From IMG/VR virus record IMGVR_UViG_3300049740_002155: a stretch of 64,000 bases of DNA. One strand, given 5' to 3'. This DNA comes from a virus. Taxonomy: Duplodnaviria; Caudoviricetes. This document shows positions 30,411 through 40,025 of this stretch, piece by piece (position 1 is the stretch's first letter; the number at the start of each line of letters is the position of its first letter). A program made the translations under genes and the position numbers. Below the pieces are notes generated by a model. The model was given only the letters and a program-made list of their open reading frames with translations. It did not search any database and was not told where the DNA came from.

Positions 30411-31802
30411 ATGTTTATTGAAGAGTTTAAAGATTATATAAAAGAAGAATATGAAGATTTCAACGGAGATTTGATAAAACCTTATTATGAAATTGATTCC
30501 ATAAGTTGGTCTAAGTTAAAAGAAAAATACGATAAAGAAGATATAAAAGAAACTCTTGCGGAAATTCTAATGCAGTATGAACCACCGTATATGGATATTA
30601 CTGAAAACGATGCAAAATCTGATTTTTATTCTTTGGTTGACTTTACATATAAAAACTTAAATGAATATACAGAAGTAAAACGAAATGTTAATACGAGTTT
30701 TTTTGAGTCGTTTGAAATGACGAATGAACAAGAAGAAAATTACGAAAAAAGTTCAAGTAAAGTAAAAAAGCAAAGACAAAATTCACTTTTTATAGAAACA
30801 CCTTGGTTTGCTCGTTCTGAATATGATTGGAAATTAAGCAATCGTGTTTTGAAAAGAAATAATACAGGTAATAAAGCAAGTAATTATTATCAGCAAAAAA
30901 ATCGTTGGAGTGTAGATGGAAGTGTTTCTCCTGGTCCTTTGCGTACTTGGAGCAATAAAGATTTTATGACAAGTTTAATGGGAAGTTTGTTTACATTAAA
31001 AGCAGAAAAAGTTGATAAATCTTCTTTAAGAACAAGCATAGGACTTAGAAAATATATTTGCAGTCAGTTTAAACCAAATGTTGCAAAACTTATTTATGAT
31101 TTTTATGTAGAATCACTTCCAAAAAAATTTCAAGATAAAGCAAACAAAGTTGAAACTGTGTTGGATTTTAGTATGGGTTGGGGTGACAGATTGTGTGGTT
31201 TTTATGCAAGCAACTCAAAAAAATATATTGGAATAGACCCCCGAACAGAAAATCATCCTATATATAATCAACAAAAATTATGCTATGAAGACTTATTGCG
31301 TAAACAAAAAGAAACTCATTTTATTGAATCACCTGCTGAAGATGCCGATTTAACATCGTTCGCAAATTCAGTTGATTTAATATTCACAAGTCCACCTTAT
31401 TTTTCTGTGGAACGGTATAGTTACGATGACACACAAAGTTGGGTTCGTCATAAAAATATTGATCGTTGGAACGAGGACTTCTTACACAAAGCATTAAATA
31501 ATGTTTTGACAACTTTGAAAAAAGGTGGTTTATTAATGGTAAATATAAGTGATGTTAATGCAACAAGTCAAGGAACTAAAGGTGGAAAGCAATGGTTGAA
31601 AATTTGTGATCCTATGAATGAATATCTTCAAAGTCGTGGTGATATGCAATATGTAGAATGCTTTGGAATGGAAATGGCAAAACGACCAAATTGCTTGGGA
31701 ATTGGTACAGCAGATGACATTGAAGATAGCAATATGGATGCAGAATATCACGAACGAGAAGGAAGTTTTGGAGAACCAGTGTGGGTTTGGCAAAAAAACT
31801 GA
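30411..31802 (+). CDS. Amino-methyltransferase (phage type; DNA target presumed)
   Basis: LDFSMGWGDRL SAM-binding motif, FTSPPYF. Confidence 0.8.
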   Translation: MFIEEFKDYIKEEYEDFNGDLIKPYYEIDSISWSKLKEKYDKEDIKETLAEILMQYEPPYMDITENDAKSDFYSLVDFTYKNLNEYTEVKRNVNTSFFESFEMTNEQEENYEKSSSKVKKQRQNSLFIETPWFARSEYDWKLSNRVLKRNNTGNKASNYYQQKNRWSVDGSVSPGPLRTWSNKDFMTSLMGSLFTLKAEKVDKSSLRTSIGLRKYICSQFKPNVAKLIYDFYVESLPKKFQDKANKVETVLDFSMGWGDRLCGFYASNSKKYIGIDPRTENHPIYNQQKLCYEDLLRKQKETHFIESPAEDADLTSFANSVDLIFTSPPYFSVERYSYDDTQSWVRHKNIDRWNEDFLHKALNNVLTTLKKGGLLMVNISDVNATSQGTKGGKQWLKICDPMNEYLQSRGDMQYVECFGMEMAKRPNCLGIGTADDIEDSNMDAEYHEREGSFGEPVWVWQKN

Positions 31803-31821
31803 ATATATATAGAAAGGTACA

Positions 31822-32361
31822 ATGACTATGGATGATCTAATTTTTGAAATGAACCAACCGAACGAGATTCTTTCTCGTCCGGAGTGGACAGAGTGGTGGT
31901 GTGTTGACGAAACTGGTCTTCATCTTGAATACGCACCGGGATTTGAACCCGAACGTGAAGAAACTGAAACAACAACTGAAAATTCAAAAAGTATTAACAT
32001 TGATGTAAATTATGAATATGATAACAAGATGCAATATTTACAAGAAAGATACGAAGAAGCATTCGGTTCATTGGATGAAAATTACACAAATAATCTTTAT
32101 ACCGAAGATGATATAGATTTATTTGCGGAAAATTCAGTACCAAGTCGTAAACCTTTTCCAATATCAACATCATCAATTGATTACGAAGAATGGCCAAGTG
32201 ATTACCTTGAGTATTTAAGGGATATTATAGATGAGCATAACTCACCGAATGCAGATTGGGCAAAGCAATTACGCAATCTCAGAGCAGATGAAGGTCAAAA
32301 GGATGTCGAAGAAAGTGTAGTTGATATTTCATCTACCGATGGTTTAATTTTACCAAACTAA
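31822..32361 (+). CDS. Acidic hypothetical protein
   Basis: 179-aa ORF, AAAGG upstream. Confidence 0.65.
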   Translation: MTMDDLIFEMNQPNEILSRPEWTEWWCVDETGLHLEYAPGFEPEREETETTTENSKSINIDVNYEYDNKMQYLQERYEEAFGSLDENYTNNLYTEDDIDLFAENSVPSRKPFPISTSSIDYEEWPSDYLEYLRDIIDEHNSPNADWAKQLRNLRADEGQKDVEESVVDISSTDGLILPN

Positions 32362-32363
32362 AT

Positions 32364-32855
32364 ATGCTATTGTTTATGAACCGTAGGGGTAAACGAAAAA
32401 AATACCCAAAGCGACATACATTTGATATTGATGCGAGGGTGATATTCAAATTCGCAGGAAAAACTCGTTTTGGTTATATTATTGAAAAAACCTTTGAAGA
32501 AGTAGGAAGCAATCCAAAAGGTCATGCAACTTATGTAATCAAATCAGGTAAATATGAATATCCATGTATTGGAATAGATGGTAGTAAAGAATTTGGAAAT
32601 ATCTTAACAGATGACACAAAGGCAGGAGAAATACTGAAAAATAAAATGAACCATGTCCAATACGATGACACGATTGATAAACGAGGTTACAAACATTTAC
32701 CACTTCCAAAATTAAAAGAGATGTGCAAAAAGCACAAACTTAAAATTGGTGGAACAAAAAAAGAATTAGTTGAACGTCTTGAGAAATGGTATTATGAAAC
32801 GTCACAATGTGGAGCAACAAGTAATAAGAAGGTAAATGACTCGTTTTTTGCTTAA
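32364..32855 (+). CDS. Protein with C-terminal SAP-like DNA-binding motif
   Basis: [26 protein letters not shown]. Confidence 0.65.
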   Translation: MLLFMNRRGKRKKYPKRHTFDIDARVIFKFAGKTRFGYIIEKTFEEVGSNPKGHATYVIKSGKYEYPCIGIDGSKEFGNILTDDTKAGEILKNKMNHVQYDDTIDKRGYKHLPLPKLKEMCKKHKLKIGGTKKELVERLEKWYYETSQCGATSNKKVNDSFFA

Positions 32856-32862
32856 TTATTGC

Positions 32863-32891
32863 TTGTAAATATATATATTTTTGTATATATT
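32863..32891 (+). promoter_or_regulatory. sigma70-type promoter (nusG region)
   Basis: TTGTAA-17 nt-TATATT. Confidence 0.45.
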
Positions 32892-32908
32892 ATTACAAAG
32901 CAAAAAAT

Positions 32909-33496
32909 ATGGAAACAATTAATACAGATGTAAAAAACAAATGGTATACACTCAAAGTATTATCTAATTTTGAAGATAGAGTTAAGAATCTTATTGAGAA
33001 GAAGTTAGAAAATGAACCAGAGTGTAGTAAATTTTTTCACGAAGTTCTTATGCCCTCAGAGATTGTAACCTCTGTTGTAAAAGGTAAGAAAAAAGCAAGA
33101 GTCCGAAAGTTATACCCTGGCTACTTGTTTGTTCGTATGGACATTTATGATGAAAATGAACCAACTCAATTAAACCCACTTGCGTATTATTTTATTACTT
33201 CTATTAATGGCATCACAGGATTTATTGGTGGAAAATCACCTGTTAGATTAAGACAAGATGAAATTGATACAATCAAGTTACACGTAGAGAAGTTTCAAAA
33301 TAAAGAGACTCCAAAGTCTTACTATGAAATTGGTCAAAATGTATCTATACTTGATGGACCTTTTGTTGGACTGCAAGGTTCTGTTGGTGAAGTTAATATT
33401 GAAAACCAAAAATTGAAAGTGCTTGTGAGCATTTTCGGACGTGAAACACCAGTTGAATTAGAAAATTGGCAAGTAGAAAAAGTTGAAGAAGAGTAA
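32909..33496 (+). CDS. nusG: Transcription elongation factor NusG
   Basis: [23 protein letters not shown] domain [20 protein letters not shown]. Confidence 0.95.
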   Translation: METINTDVKNKWYTLKVLSNFEDRVKNLIEKKLENEPECSKFFHEVLMPSEIVTSVVKGKKKARVRKLYPGYLFVRMDIYDENEPTQLNPLAYYFITSINGITGFIGGKSPVRLRQDEIDTIKLHVEKFQNKETPKSYYEIGQNVSILDGPFVGLQGSVGEVNIENQKLKVLVSIFGRETPVELENWQVEKVEEE

Positions 33497-33497
33497 T

Positions 33498-33722
33498 ATG
33501 GAATTTGATGATTATTTTAAAAAGATGTGTGGTGTACCCGAAGATACTCCATCACAAACTTTTAAGATAGATAATAACAATACTCCTTTCAATAAAAAAG
33601 AACTTAGATGGCTAAAAGACCAATTAGAGAGTTGCATTGAGTGGGATGATCCAAAACGGTCAACCAAACAAATGTACAAAAATATGCTTAAAAAAGTAGA
33701 AGAAAGATTACAATTATTATGA
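33498..33722 (+). CDS. Hypothetical protein
   Basis: ORF between nusG and DUF1338; start at ATG 33498. Confidence 0.55.
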   Translation: MEFDDYFKKMCGVPEDTPSQTFKIDNNNTPFNKKELRWLKDQLESCIEWDDPKRSTKQMYKNMLKKVEERLQLL

Positions 33723-34513
33723 ATATACACAAATTATTTGATGATATGTGGGATTTATATGCAAGAATAAATCCACAAGTCGTTAAGGTTAAAGAACTAA
33801 TAGAAAAGCGAGAAGGCAGACCTGTAAAAAATGACCATATAGCACTTAGAACTTTTAATCACCCCAGAATCAATCGCAAAGTGCTTGCACAATCCTTCTT
33901 AAATAGTGGGTATATAGAAGTTGAAGATTTAAAGTTTGAAAAGAAAAAATTAGATGCAACTTATTTTACTCACACCGATGATAGTTTGACACGTGTTTTT
34001 ATTAGTGAGTTGAGATTAGAAGAATTTTCTCAAGAACTACAAGATACAATAAATCGTTTAGTGGATGAACTTCCAAACAAAGTAATAGAACAATTTGATT
34101 TCTGTAATTATGGAACTCCTTGGAGTATGATAACAGAAGATACATATAATTTTCTAAAAGAAGAAAGTGAATATGCGGCTTGGGTTGCCACTTTCGGATT
34201 TATCGTAAACCATTTTACAATCAGCATAAATGATTGTGATACATTTGAAAATTTAGAGCAAGTTAACTCATTTTTAAAGGAAAATGGATATAGAGTAAAC
34301 GACTCTGGTGGAGAAATAAAAGGTTCAGTTGAACAGGAACTTGAGCAATCAAGTATAATGGCAGAAAATGTATTAGTTGAATTTGATGCACTTGAATATA
34401 AACCTGTTGAGATACCTGGATGTTATTATGAATTTGCATTGCGTCATAATAATTTCGATGGATTTATTGCAGGTTCTGCTGACAAAATTTTTGAAAGTAC
34501 GGATAATAAGTAA
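33719..34513 (+). CDS. DUF1338 family (HglS-like fold) protein, short ast-associated type
   Basis: NDHIALRTF, FISEL, NHFTISIN, IKGS...LEQSS, YYEFA.R. Confidence 0.85.
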   Translation: MNIHKLFDDMWDLYARINPQVVKVKELIEKREGRPVKNDHIALRTFNHPRINRKVLAQSFLNSGYIEVEDLKFEKKKLDATYFTHTDDSLTRVFISELRLEEFSQELQDTINRLVDELPNKVIEQFDFCNYGTPWSMITEDTYNFLKEESEYAAWVATFGFIVNHFTISINDCDTFENLEQVNSFLKENGYRVNDSGGEIKGSVEQELEQSSIMAENVLVEFDALEYKPVEIPGCYYEFALRHNNFDGFIAGSADKIFESTDNK

Positions 34514-35883
34514 TGGCACTTAGCAAGAATGAAATAAATGATAAATTCAAGAATGCTAAAATAGGTTTTGATACTTGGAGAAAAACCACATTACAACATC
34601 GTAAAAGTATTCTTAGAAAATACAAAAAGTTATTAGAAGCAAATGTTGATGTAATTGCTGAAATAATTTCAAAAGAACATGGAAAACCATTATGGGATGC
34701 TAAGTCTGAAGTGGGTGCAATGGTAGGAAAAATTGATGTAACATTTGAATCTTACAATGACAGATTAAACGCAATACGATCAGTTCATGCTGATATGAGT
34801 ATTCAGGCAAGATTCAAACCATTTGGTGTATTTGCAGTTATCGGTCCTTTTAATTTCCCTGGACATTTGCCAAATGGTCATATTGTTCCATTGCTACTTG
34901 CGGGTAATTCAGTTGTATTTAAACCAAGTCATTTAACACCTGAAACTGGAAGAAAAATGGTTGAGTTGCTACACGGTGCAGGTGTACCAAAAGATGTTGT
35001 AACATTATGCGAAGGAAGTGGTCAAGATATAATTGATAATCCTTTATTGGATGGAGTATTTTTTACAGGAAGTACAAAAGTTGGTCATAGTATTTACAAA
35101 AACTTGAGTGATTACCCTGAGAAGATTGTCGCACTGGAAATGGGTGGAAACAATGCAACAATTTTAGAGGAAGCAGGTGGAATAAACACTGCAACAAACA
35201 TTTTGTTGCAATCTGCTTTTATATCAACGGGTCAAAGATGTACTTGCACACGTCGTTTGATTATGAATAAAGGTAAAACTGCGTGTGAAGGTGACCGTAT
35301 CCTTAGAGGTTTAATTGATGCGTGTAATAAAATGGTGATAGGAAACTACACAGATGATCCAGAACCTTTTATGGGACCAATGATTACAACAAATGCAGTT
35401 AAAACTATACTTGATGCTCAAAAGCATTTGGTTAGTCTTGGTGGAATCATATTAAAAGAATTTAAGCAAATAGGTGGTGTAACAAGCAAGTTAGTGGAAC
35501 CTGGTATCATTGATGTTACAAATATCAAAAATCTTCCTGACGAAGAATATTTTGGACCACTTCTTCAGATTATACGAAGCAACAACTTTGATCATGCAAT
35601 CGAAATTGCGAACGATACAAAATACGGATTAGTTTCTGGCGTTATCACGAAAAACAAAGACTTGTTTTGGAAAGCAGAATCTGAACTAAAAACAGGAATA
35701 GTCAATTGGAATCGTCCTACTACAGGATGTGCCAGTGTTGTTCCTTTCGGTGGAATGGGTTGGAGTGGTTGCAATCGTCCAAGTGGTTATACAACTATTG
35801 AGCATTGCGGCCACCCAACTGCACTACACTTGACTGAAGTACCAGAACTTCCGAGCAAGTTGTTGCCTGGATTAAATTTATGA
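34513..35883 (+). CDS. astD: Succinylglutamate semialdehyde dehydrogenase
   Basis: GPFNFPGHLPNGHIVP, FKPS, FTGS, ALEMGGNN, GQRCTC, EEYFGP, NWNRPTTG, PFGG. Confidence 0.9.
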   Translation: MALSKNEINDKFKNAKIGFDTWRKTTLQHRKSILRKYKKLLEANVDVIAEIISKEHGKPLWDAKSEVGAMVGKIDVTFESYNDRLNAIRSVHADMSIQARFKPFGVFAVIGPFNFPGHLPNGHIVPLLLAGNSVVFKPSHLTPETGRKMVELLHGAGVPKDVVTLCEGSGQDIIDNPLLDGVFFTGSTKVGHSIYKNLSDYPEKIVALEMGGNNATILEEAGGINTATNILLQSAFISTGQRCTCTRRLIMNKGKTACEGDRILRGLIDACNKMVIGNYTDDPEPFMGPMITTNAVKTILDAQKHLVSLGGIILKEFKQIGGVTSKLVEPGIIDVTNIKNLPDEEYFGPLLQIIRSNNFDHAIEIANDTKYGLVSGVITKNKDLFWKAESELKTGIVNWNRPTTGCASVVPFGGMGWSGCNRPSGYTTIEHCGHPTALHLTEVPELPSKLLPGLNL

Positions 35884-37067
35884 AGTTTTTAAATATTATT
35901 GATGATCGGTTTGATGAATTATTGAACCGACTTGAAATGCTATCAAACATCAATACACACACCTATAATTTACTTGGATTAGATTCTTGTATTTATCCTC
36001 TTGAAAAAATGTTTAAGGAATTAGAACCTGACGAACATAAACAAATAGAATTAAATGCAGTTCCGTTCATAGATTTTGATGGAGAGCAAAAAGATCAAAG
36101 ATACGGAAGAATTCTTCGTTTGCGTAAAAGACAAAATGCAGAAACAAAAATTTTATTGTGTGGGCATTATGATACCGTGTATCCCAAAGACCACGATTTT
36201 CAGAAGGTAACAATAGACGGAAACAAAATGATGGGTCCTGGTGTACTTGATATGAAAGGTGGTTTAATGACGATGTTGTATGCTTTACTTGCATACGAAA
36301 ATAGTGATATTAAAAATAAAGTCGGTTGGGAGGTATTAATTTTACCAGATGAAGAAGTTGGAAGTATTGCATCATCTTCTTATTTAGGAACTTCCGCAAA
36401 AAACAGTGATATTGGATTGTTGTATGAACCTGCGTTACCTGACGGAAGCATCGTCAAATCACGCAAAGGAGTAGGAAGTTATACAATGGTATTCCGAGGA
36501 GTATCTGCACACGCAGGTCGTTGCTTTAACGATGGATTAAACGCATTTTACGGAGTATCTGATTTTATTAATTGGTCAAATAATATGATGGAAATCAATA
36601 AAGACTTAATTATCAATCTTGGTAAAGTAGAAGGAGGAGGACCAAATAATGTTGTACCTGATTTGGCAATCGCAAGATTCAATGCAAGAGTGTCCACGAA
36701 AAAACAAAGAACCGAGTTTGAACATCAGTTAGAAATCTTTAATCGTAGAATGCGAAAAAAATATCCTGGTACAGAACTTCACGGAAAATTTACAAGTCCT
36801 CCGAAACCTTATTCTGCAAAAGCAAAACAAATTGTAGATGGTTTGCAGAAGTGTGCGAAGCAACTGAATATGCCAAAAATAAAATTGGTTGCAACTGGTG
36901 GAGCAAGTGACGGAAATAAATTAAATGGATTTGGATTGCCTAACATTGATTCACTAGGTCCTATCGGAGATGGAATGCATAGTCGTGATGAGTATGTGCT
37001 TATAGATTCAATAAAACAACGAACAAAGTTATCTGCGTTATATTTATATAATATAACAAAGGAGTAA
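35880..37067 (+). CDS. M20 family metallohydrolase (candidate succinylglutamate desuccinylase, AstE role)
   Basis: GHYDTV, GPGVLDMKGG, DEEVGS, YEP, AHAG, GGASDGN; embedded in the ast cluster. Confidence 0.85.
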   Translation: MKFLNIIDDRFDELLNRLEMLSNINTHTYNLLGLDSCIYPLEKMFKELEPDEHKQIELNAVPFIDFDGEQKDQRYGRILRLRKRQNAETKILLCGHYDTVYPKDHDFQKVTIDGNKMMGPGVLDMKGGLMTMLYALLAYENSDIKNKVGWEVLILPDEEVGSIASSSYLGTSAKNSDIGLLYEPALPDGSIVKSRKGVGSYTMVFRGVSAHAGRCFNDGLNAFYGVSDFINWSNNMMEINKDLIINLGKVEGGGPNNVVPDLAIARFNARVSTKKQRTEFEHQLEIFNRRMRKKYPGTELHGKFTSPPKPYSAKAKQIVDGLQKCAKQLNMPKIKLVATGGASDGNKLNGFGLPNIDSLGPIGDGMHSRDEYVLIDSIKQRTKLSALYLYNITKE

Positions 37068-37071
37068 TATT

Positions 37072-38427
37072 ATGTGGTACAACGATTTTTTTACAGACAA
37101 AACAACAAATGATGCAAAACAAATTTTATTAAAAGAATATACTAAGTCCGTAAAAAAACTAAAACACACACCACCAACTGCACCCAAAGAAATCACCGAA
37201 GAACTACTAGAACGATTTAAAAATGTTCGTGGTGGTGGGTTGGTATTTCCATATGTAGGAACTGGTAAAGGATATGGATGTTTAACTGAACTCACAGATG
37301 GTTCTGTAAAATATGATATGATTGGTGGCATCGGAGTAAATTATTTTGGACACGGAGATGAAAAAATTGTAGAAGCAACTTTGAATTCTGCATTTAGTGA
37401 TTGTGTAATGCAAGGTAATCTTCAACAAAACGAAGAATCTTTGGTGGTGATGGAAAAGTTTAAACGAGTTGCAAATTTACACGGAGCAAATCTTGATCAT
37501 GTATTTTTAACAACAAGTGGAGCAATGGCAGTTGAAAACGGAATCAAGATGGCATTTCAAAAAAAGTTTCCTGCTGATCGTATTCTTGCATTTGCAAATT
37601 GTTTTCACGGAAGAACAACAGGTGTTTCACAAATCACAGATAAACCATTTTATCGTGAAGGATTGCCTGATACACTTAAAGTTGATTATATCCCGTTCAA
37701 TGCAGAATCGGCAGTAAAGCATCTTGAAAAGCATATAGCAAGACATCCTGGTAAACATTCATGTATGGTCGCAGAACTTATTCAAGGAGAAGGTGGGTTC
37801 AATGTGGGAGATAAAAAGATTCTTCAAGATATTGCAAAATGTCTTAAAAAACACGATATACTTTTCTTTGTAGATGAAGTACAAAGTTTTGCACGAACAT
37901 ATAAACCATTTGCATTTCAAATGTTTGAATTGGATGAATATGTTGATTTGGTTTGCGTAGGAAAAAGTACACAAGTATGTGCAACGATTTTCAAAGAAGA
38001 GGTTAAACCAAGACCAGGATTAGTTTCACAAACTTTTACAGGAGCAACTTCCTCATTGTTTGCGGCCGATGTAGTTTTGTCGGAAATTCTTAAAGGTAAG
38101 TTTTATGATACCGACAAAAAGCATGGAACTAACCATGAGTATTTTGATTATCTGAAAAAAGAATTAAGTGACTGCAAGCATATTTCTAATATCGGTGGGA
38201 TCGGAGCAATGTTTGCATTTCAAGTATTTGATGGAACTCCTGATGTAACAATGAAAGTGGTTCATAAACTTTTTGAGAACGGAGTAATCTCTTTTATAGC
38301 AGGAAAAAATCCAACGAAAGTTCGTTTTCTTCTTCCGACACCAGTGATAAGCAAAAAAGATTTAAAGGCAGTTATTAAAATTACCAAGGATACCTTGAAA
38401 AATTATGATAGTTCGTCAGATAAATGA
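37072..38427 (+). CDS. astC: Class III PLP aminotransferase (succinylornithine aminotransferase role)
   Basis: DMIGGIGV..GH, SGAMAVE, FHGRT, ELIQGEGG, DEVQ, GK; between M20 and astA. The substrate assignment rests on context. Confidence 0.75.
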   Translation: MWYNDFFTDKTTNDAKQILLKEYTKSVKKLKHTPPTAPKEITEELLERFKNVRGGGLVFPYVGTGKGYGCLTELTDGSVKYDMIGGIGVNYFGHGDEKIVEATLNSAFSDCVMQGNLQQNEESLVVMEKFKRVANLHGANLDHVFLTTSGAMAVENGIKMAFQKKFPADRILAFANCFHGRTTGVSQITDKPFYREGLPDTLKVDYIPFNAESAVKHLEKHIARHPGKHSCMVAELIQGEGGFNVGDKKILQDIAKCLKKHDILFFVDEVQSFARTYKPFAFQMFELDEYVDLVCVGKSTQVCATIFKEEVKPRPGLVSQTFTGATSSLFAADVVLSEILKGKFYDTDKKHGTNHEYFDYLKKELSDCKHISNIGGIGAMFAFQVFDGTPDVTMKVVHKLFENGVISFIAGKNPTKVRFLLPTPVISKKDLKAVIKITKDTLKNYDSSSDK

Positions 38428-39397
38428 AAATGATCTAAACGGATTATTGAATCTTGCCAAAAAAGCAGGTACAGGAATAACAACTTTACAAAACGATAAA
38501 GTCTTATTGCAAAAAAGACTTGAGCATACACTTTACTCGTTCAATAAAACTGTTGATAATCCAGAAGGTGAAAGTTATTTGTTTGTAATGGAAAACAACA
38601 ATGAGTTGGTAGGTATATGTGGTATCATCAGCAAAGTTGGTGGATTTGAACCTTTCTACACATATGTCACAGATACCGAAGTACATGAAAATAAAGAACT
38701 TAAAATCAAAACATCAAACGAAGTTTTGCGTTTAGATAAAAAGCATTCTGGTCCTACTGAAATCGGAACTTTATATTTGCTTCCAAAAGCAAGAAAAGGA
38801 AACGGAAAGTTGCTTAGTTATTCACGATTTCTTTTTATGGCGGAATATCTTGATCGTTTTGAAAAAGAAGTAATCGCAGAAATGCGTGGTGTGGTTACTA
38901 CAAGAGGTCATAGTCCTTTTTACGAGTATTGCATGAAACACTTTCTTAAAATAGATTATACCAATGCAGATTATCTTAGTATGAAGAACAAGCAGTTCAT
39001 AGAAGACCTCATGCCGAATCATCCTATTTACATAAATCTTCTTCCAAAGCACGTTCGTGATGTTCTTGGTCAAGTCCACAAAAATACAGAACCTGCGATG
39101 GGAATGTTGAAAAAGCAGAACTTCGAGTTCAACGGAGAAATAGATATTTTTGAAGCAGGACCGACTTATTCTTGTGAAACTAAAAACATTAAAAGTATTT
39201 CTCAAAGTAAAGTAGGAAAATACGTAGGTGATTTCGTGGAAGACCCGAAGGATACACTTATTGCGACATACGAACCTTTTCGTTGTTGTCGTGGAAAAGC
39301 AGAGTATTGGAACAATGGAGAAATACAAATAAACAAAGAATCGGTCAAAAAACTTGGTCTAAAAATAAACGATAAAATTCGTGTATATTTTCTTTAG
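38405..39397 (+). CDS. astA: Arginine N-succinyltransferase
   Basis: GITTL, EPFY, TEIGTLYL, GKLLS..RFLF, IAEMRG, SPF, PIY..LLP, GQVH..T.PA, IDIFEAGP. Confidence 0.93.
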   Translation: MIVRQINENDLNGLLNLAKKAGTGITTLQNDKVLLQKRLEHTLYSFNKTVDNPEGESYLFVMENNNELVGICGIISKVGGFEPFYTYVTDTEVHENKELKIKTSNEVLRLDKKHSGPTEIGTLYLLPKARKGNGKLLSYSRFLFMAEYLDRFEKEVIAEMRGVVTTRGHSPFYEYCMKHFLKIDYTNADYLSMKNKQFIEDLMPNHPIYINLLPKHVRDVLGQVHKNTEPAMGMLKKQNFEFNGEIDIFEAGPTYSCETKNIKSISQSKVGKYVGDFVEDPKDTLIATYEPFRCCRGKAEYWNNGEIQINKESVKKLGLKINDKIRVYFL

Positions 39398-39420
39398 ATT
39401 GTAAATACTTATATATTGTT

Positions 39421-39666
39421 ATGAAGAAATCAGAATTACAATCAATCATCCGTGAAGAAATTCAAAACTTTATCAATGAATCTTTTAGCAATTGGGAAGT
39501 AAAGTTTGTTCGTTCAATCAAAAACAAACTTGCCGGTGATGTAAAAAAAGGTCATGTTGAAGTTGTAAAAGCAAGAGGAACTTCTGAAGCAATTAAAAAG
39601 GCCTGTAAAAATGCAGGATGCGAAGGTGCATGGATGCACGTTGATGTAGAAGTTACCAAGAAGTAA
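39421..39666 (+). CDS. Hypothetical protein with MKKSELQSIIREEI N-terminal helix
   Basis: 81 aa; ATACTTAT motif upstream. Confidence 0.7.
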   Translation: MKKSELQSIIREEIQNFINESFSNWEVKFVRSIKNKLAGDVKKGHVEVVKARGTSEAIKKACKNAGCEGAWMHVDVEVTKK

Positions 39667-39690
39667 TTATTATAAAAACTCATATATACC

Positions 39691-39698
39691 ATATTTAT
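39691..39698 (+). promoter_or_regulatory. ATATTTAT motif (candidate late promoter)
   Basis: 4 nt upstream of ATG 39703. Confidence 0.5.
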
Positions 39699-39702
39699 TG
39701 AT

Positions 39703-40011
39703 ATGGGAAAAAAGTATAATAGTTTCGATGAATACTATGAGTTTTATTTGAGCAAGCATAAAAACCCACTTAATCGTTTTCTTCATCTTCTTGGTAATAT
39801 TGCCACAATAACATTTGTTGTAAGTGTATTCAAGTTTGATTTAAGTTTATGGTGGCTGTTGCTTACTCCATTCGTAGTTTATCCATTGGCTGCATTGGGA
39901 CATTTCATTTGCGAAGGAAATATGCCTGCGTTTTTATCAGGTAATCCTATTTACGCAAAAATGAGTGATTGGAAAATGCTTTATCAATGGTTGACTGGTA
40001 AACTCAAGTAA
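39703..40011 (+). CDS. DUF962 / Mpo1-like membrane protein
   Basis: YEFYLSKHKNP.NR.LHLLG, GHFICEGN.PA, SDW.M. Confidence 0.85.
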   Translation: MGKKYNSFDEYYEFYLSKHKNPLNRFLHLLGNIATITFVVSVFKFDLSLWWLLLTPFVVYPLAALGHFICEGNMPAFLSGNPIYAKMSDWKMLYQWLTGKLK

Positions 40012-40025
40012 TCTATAATAATATC

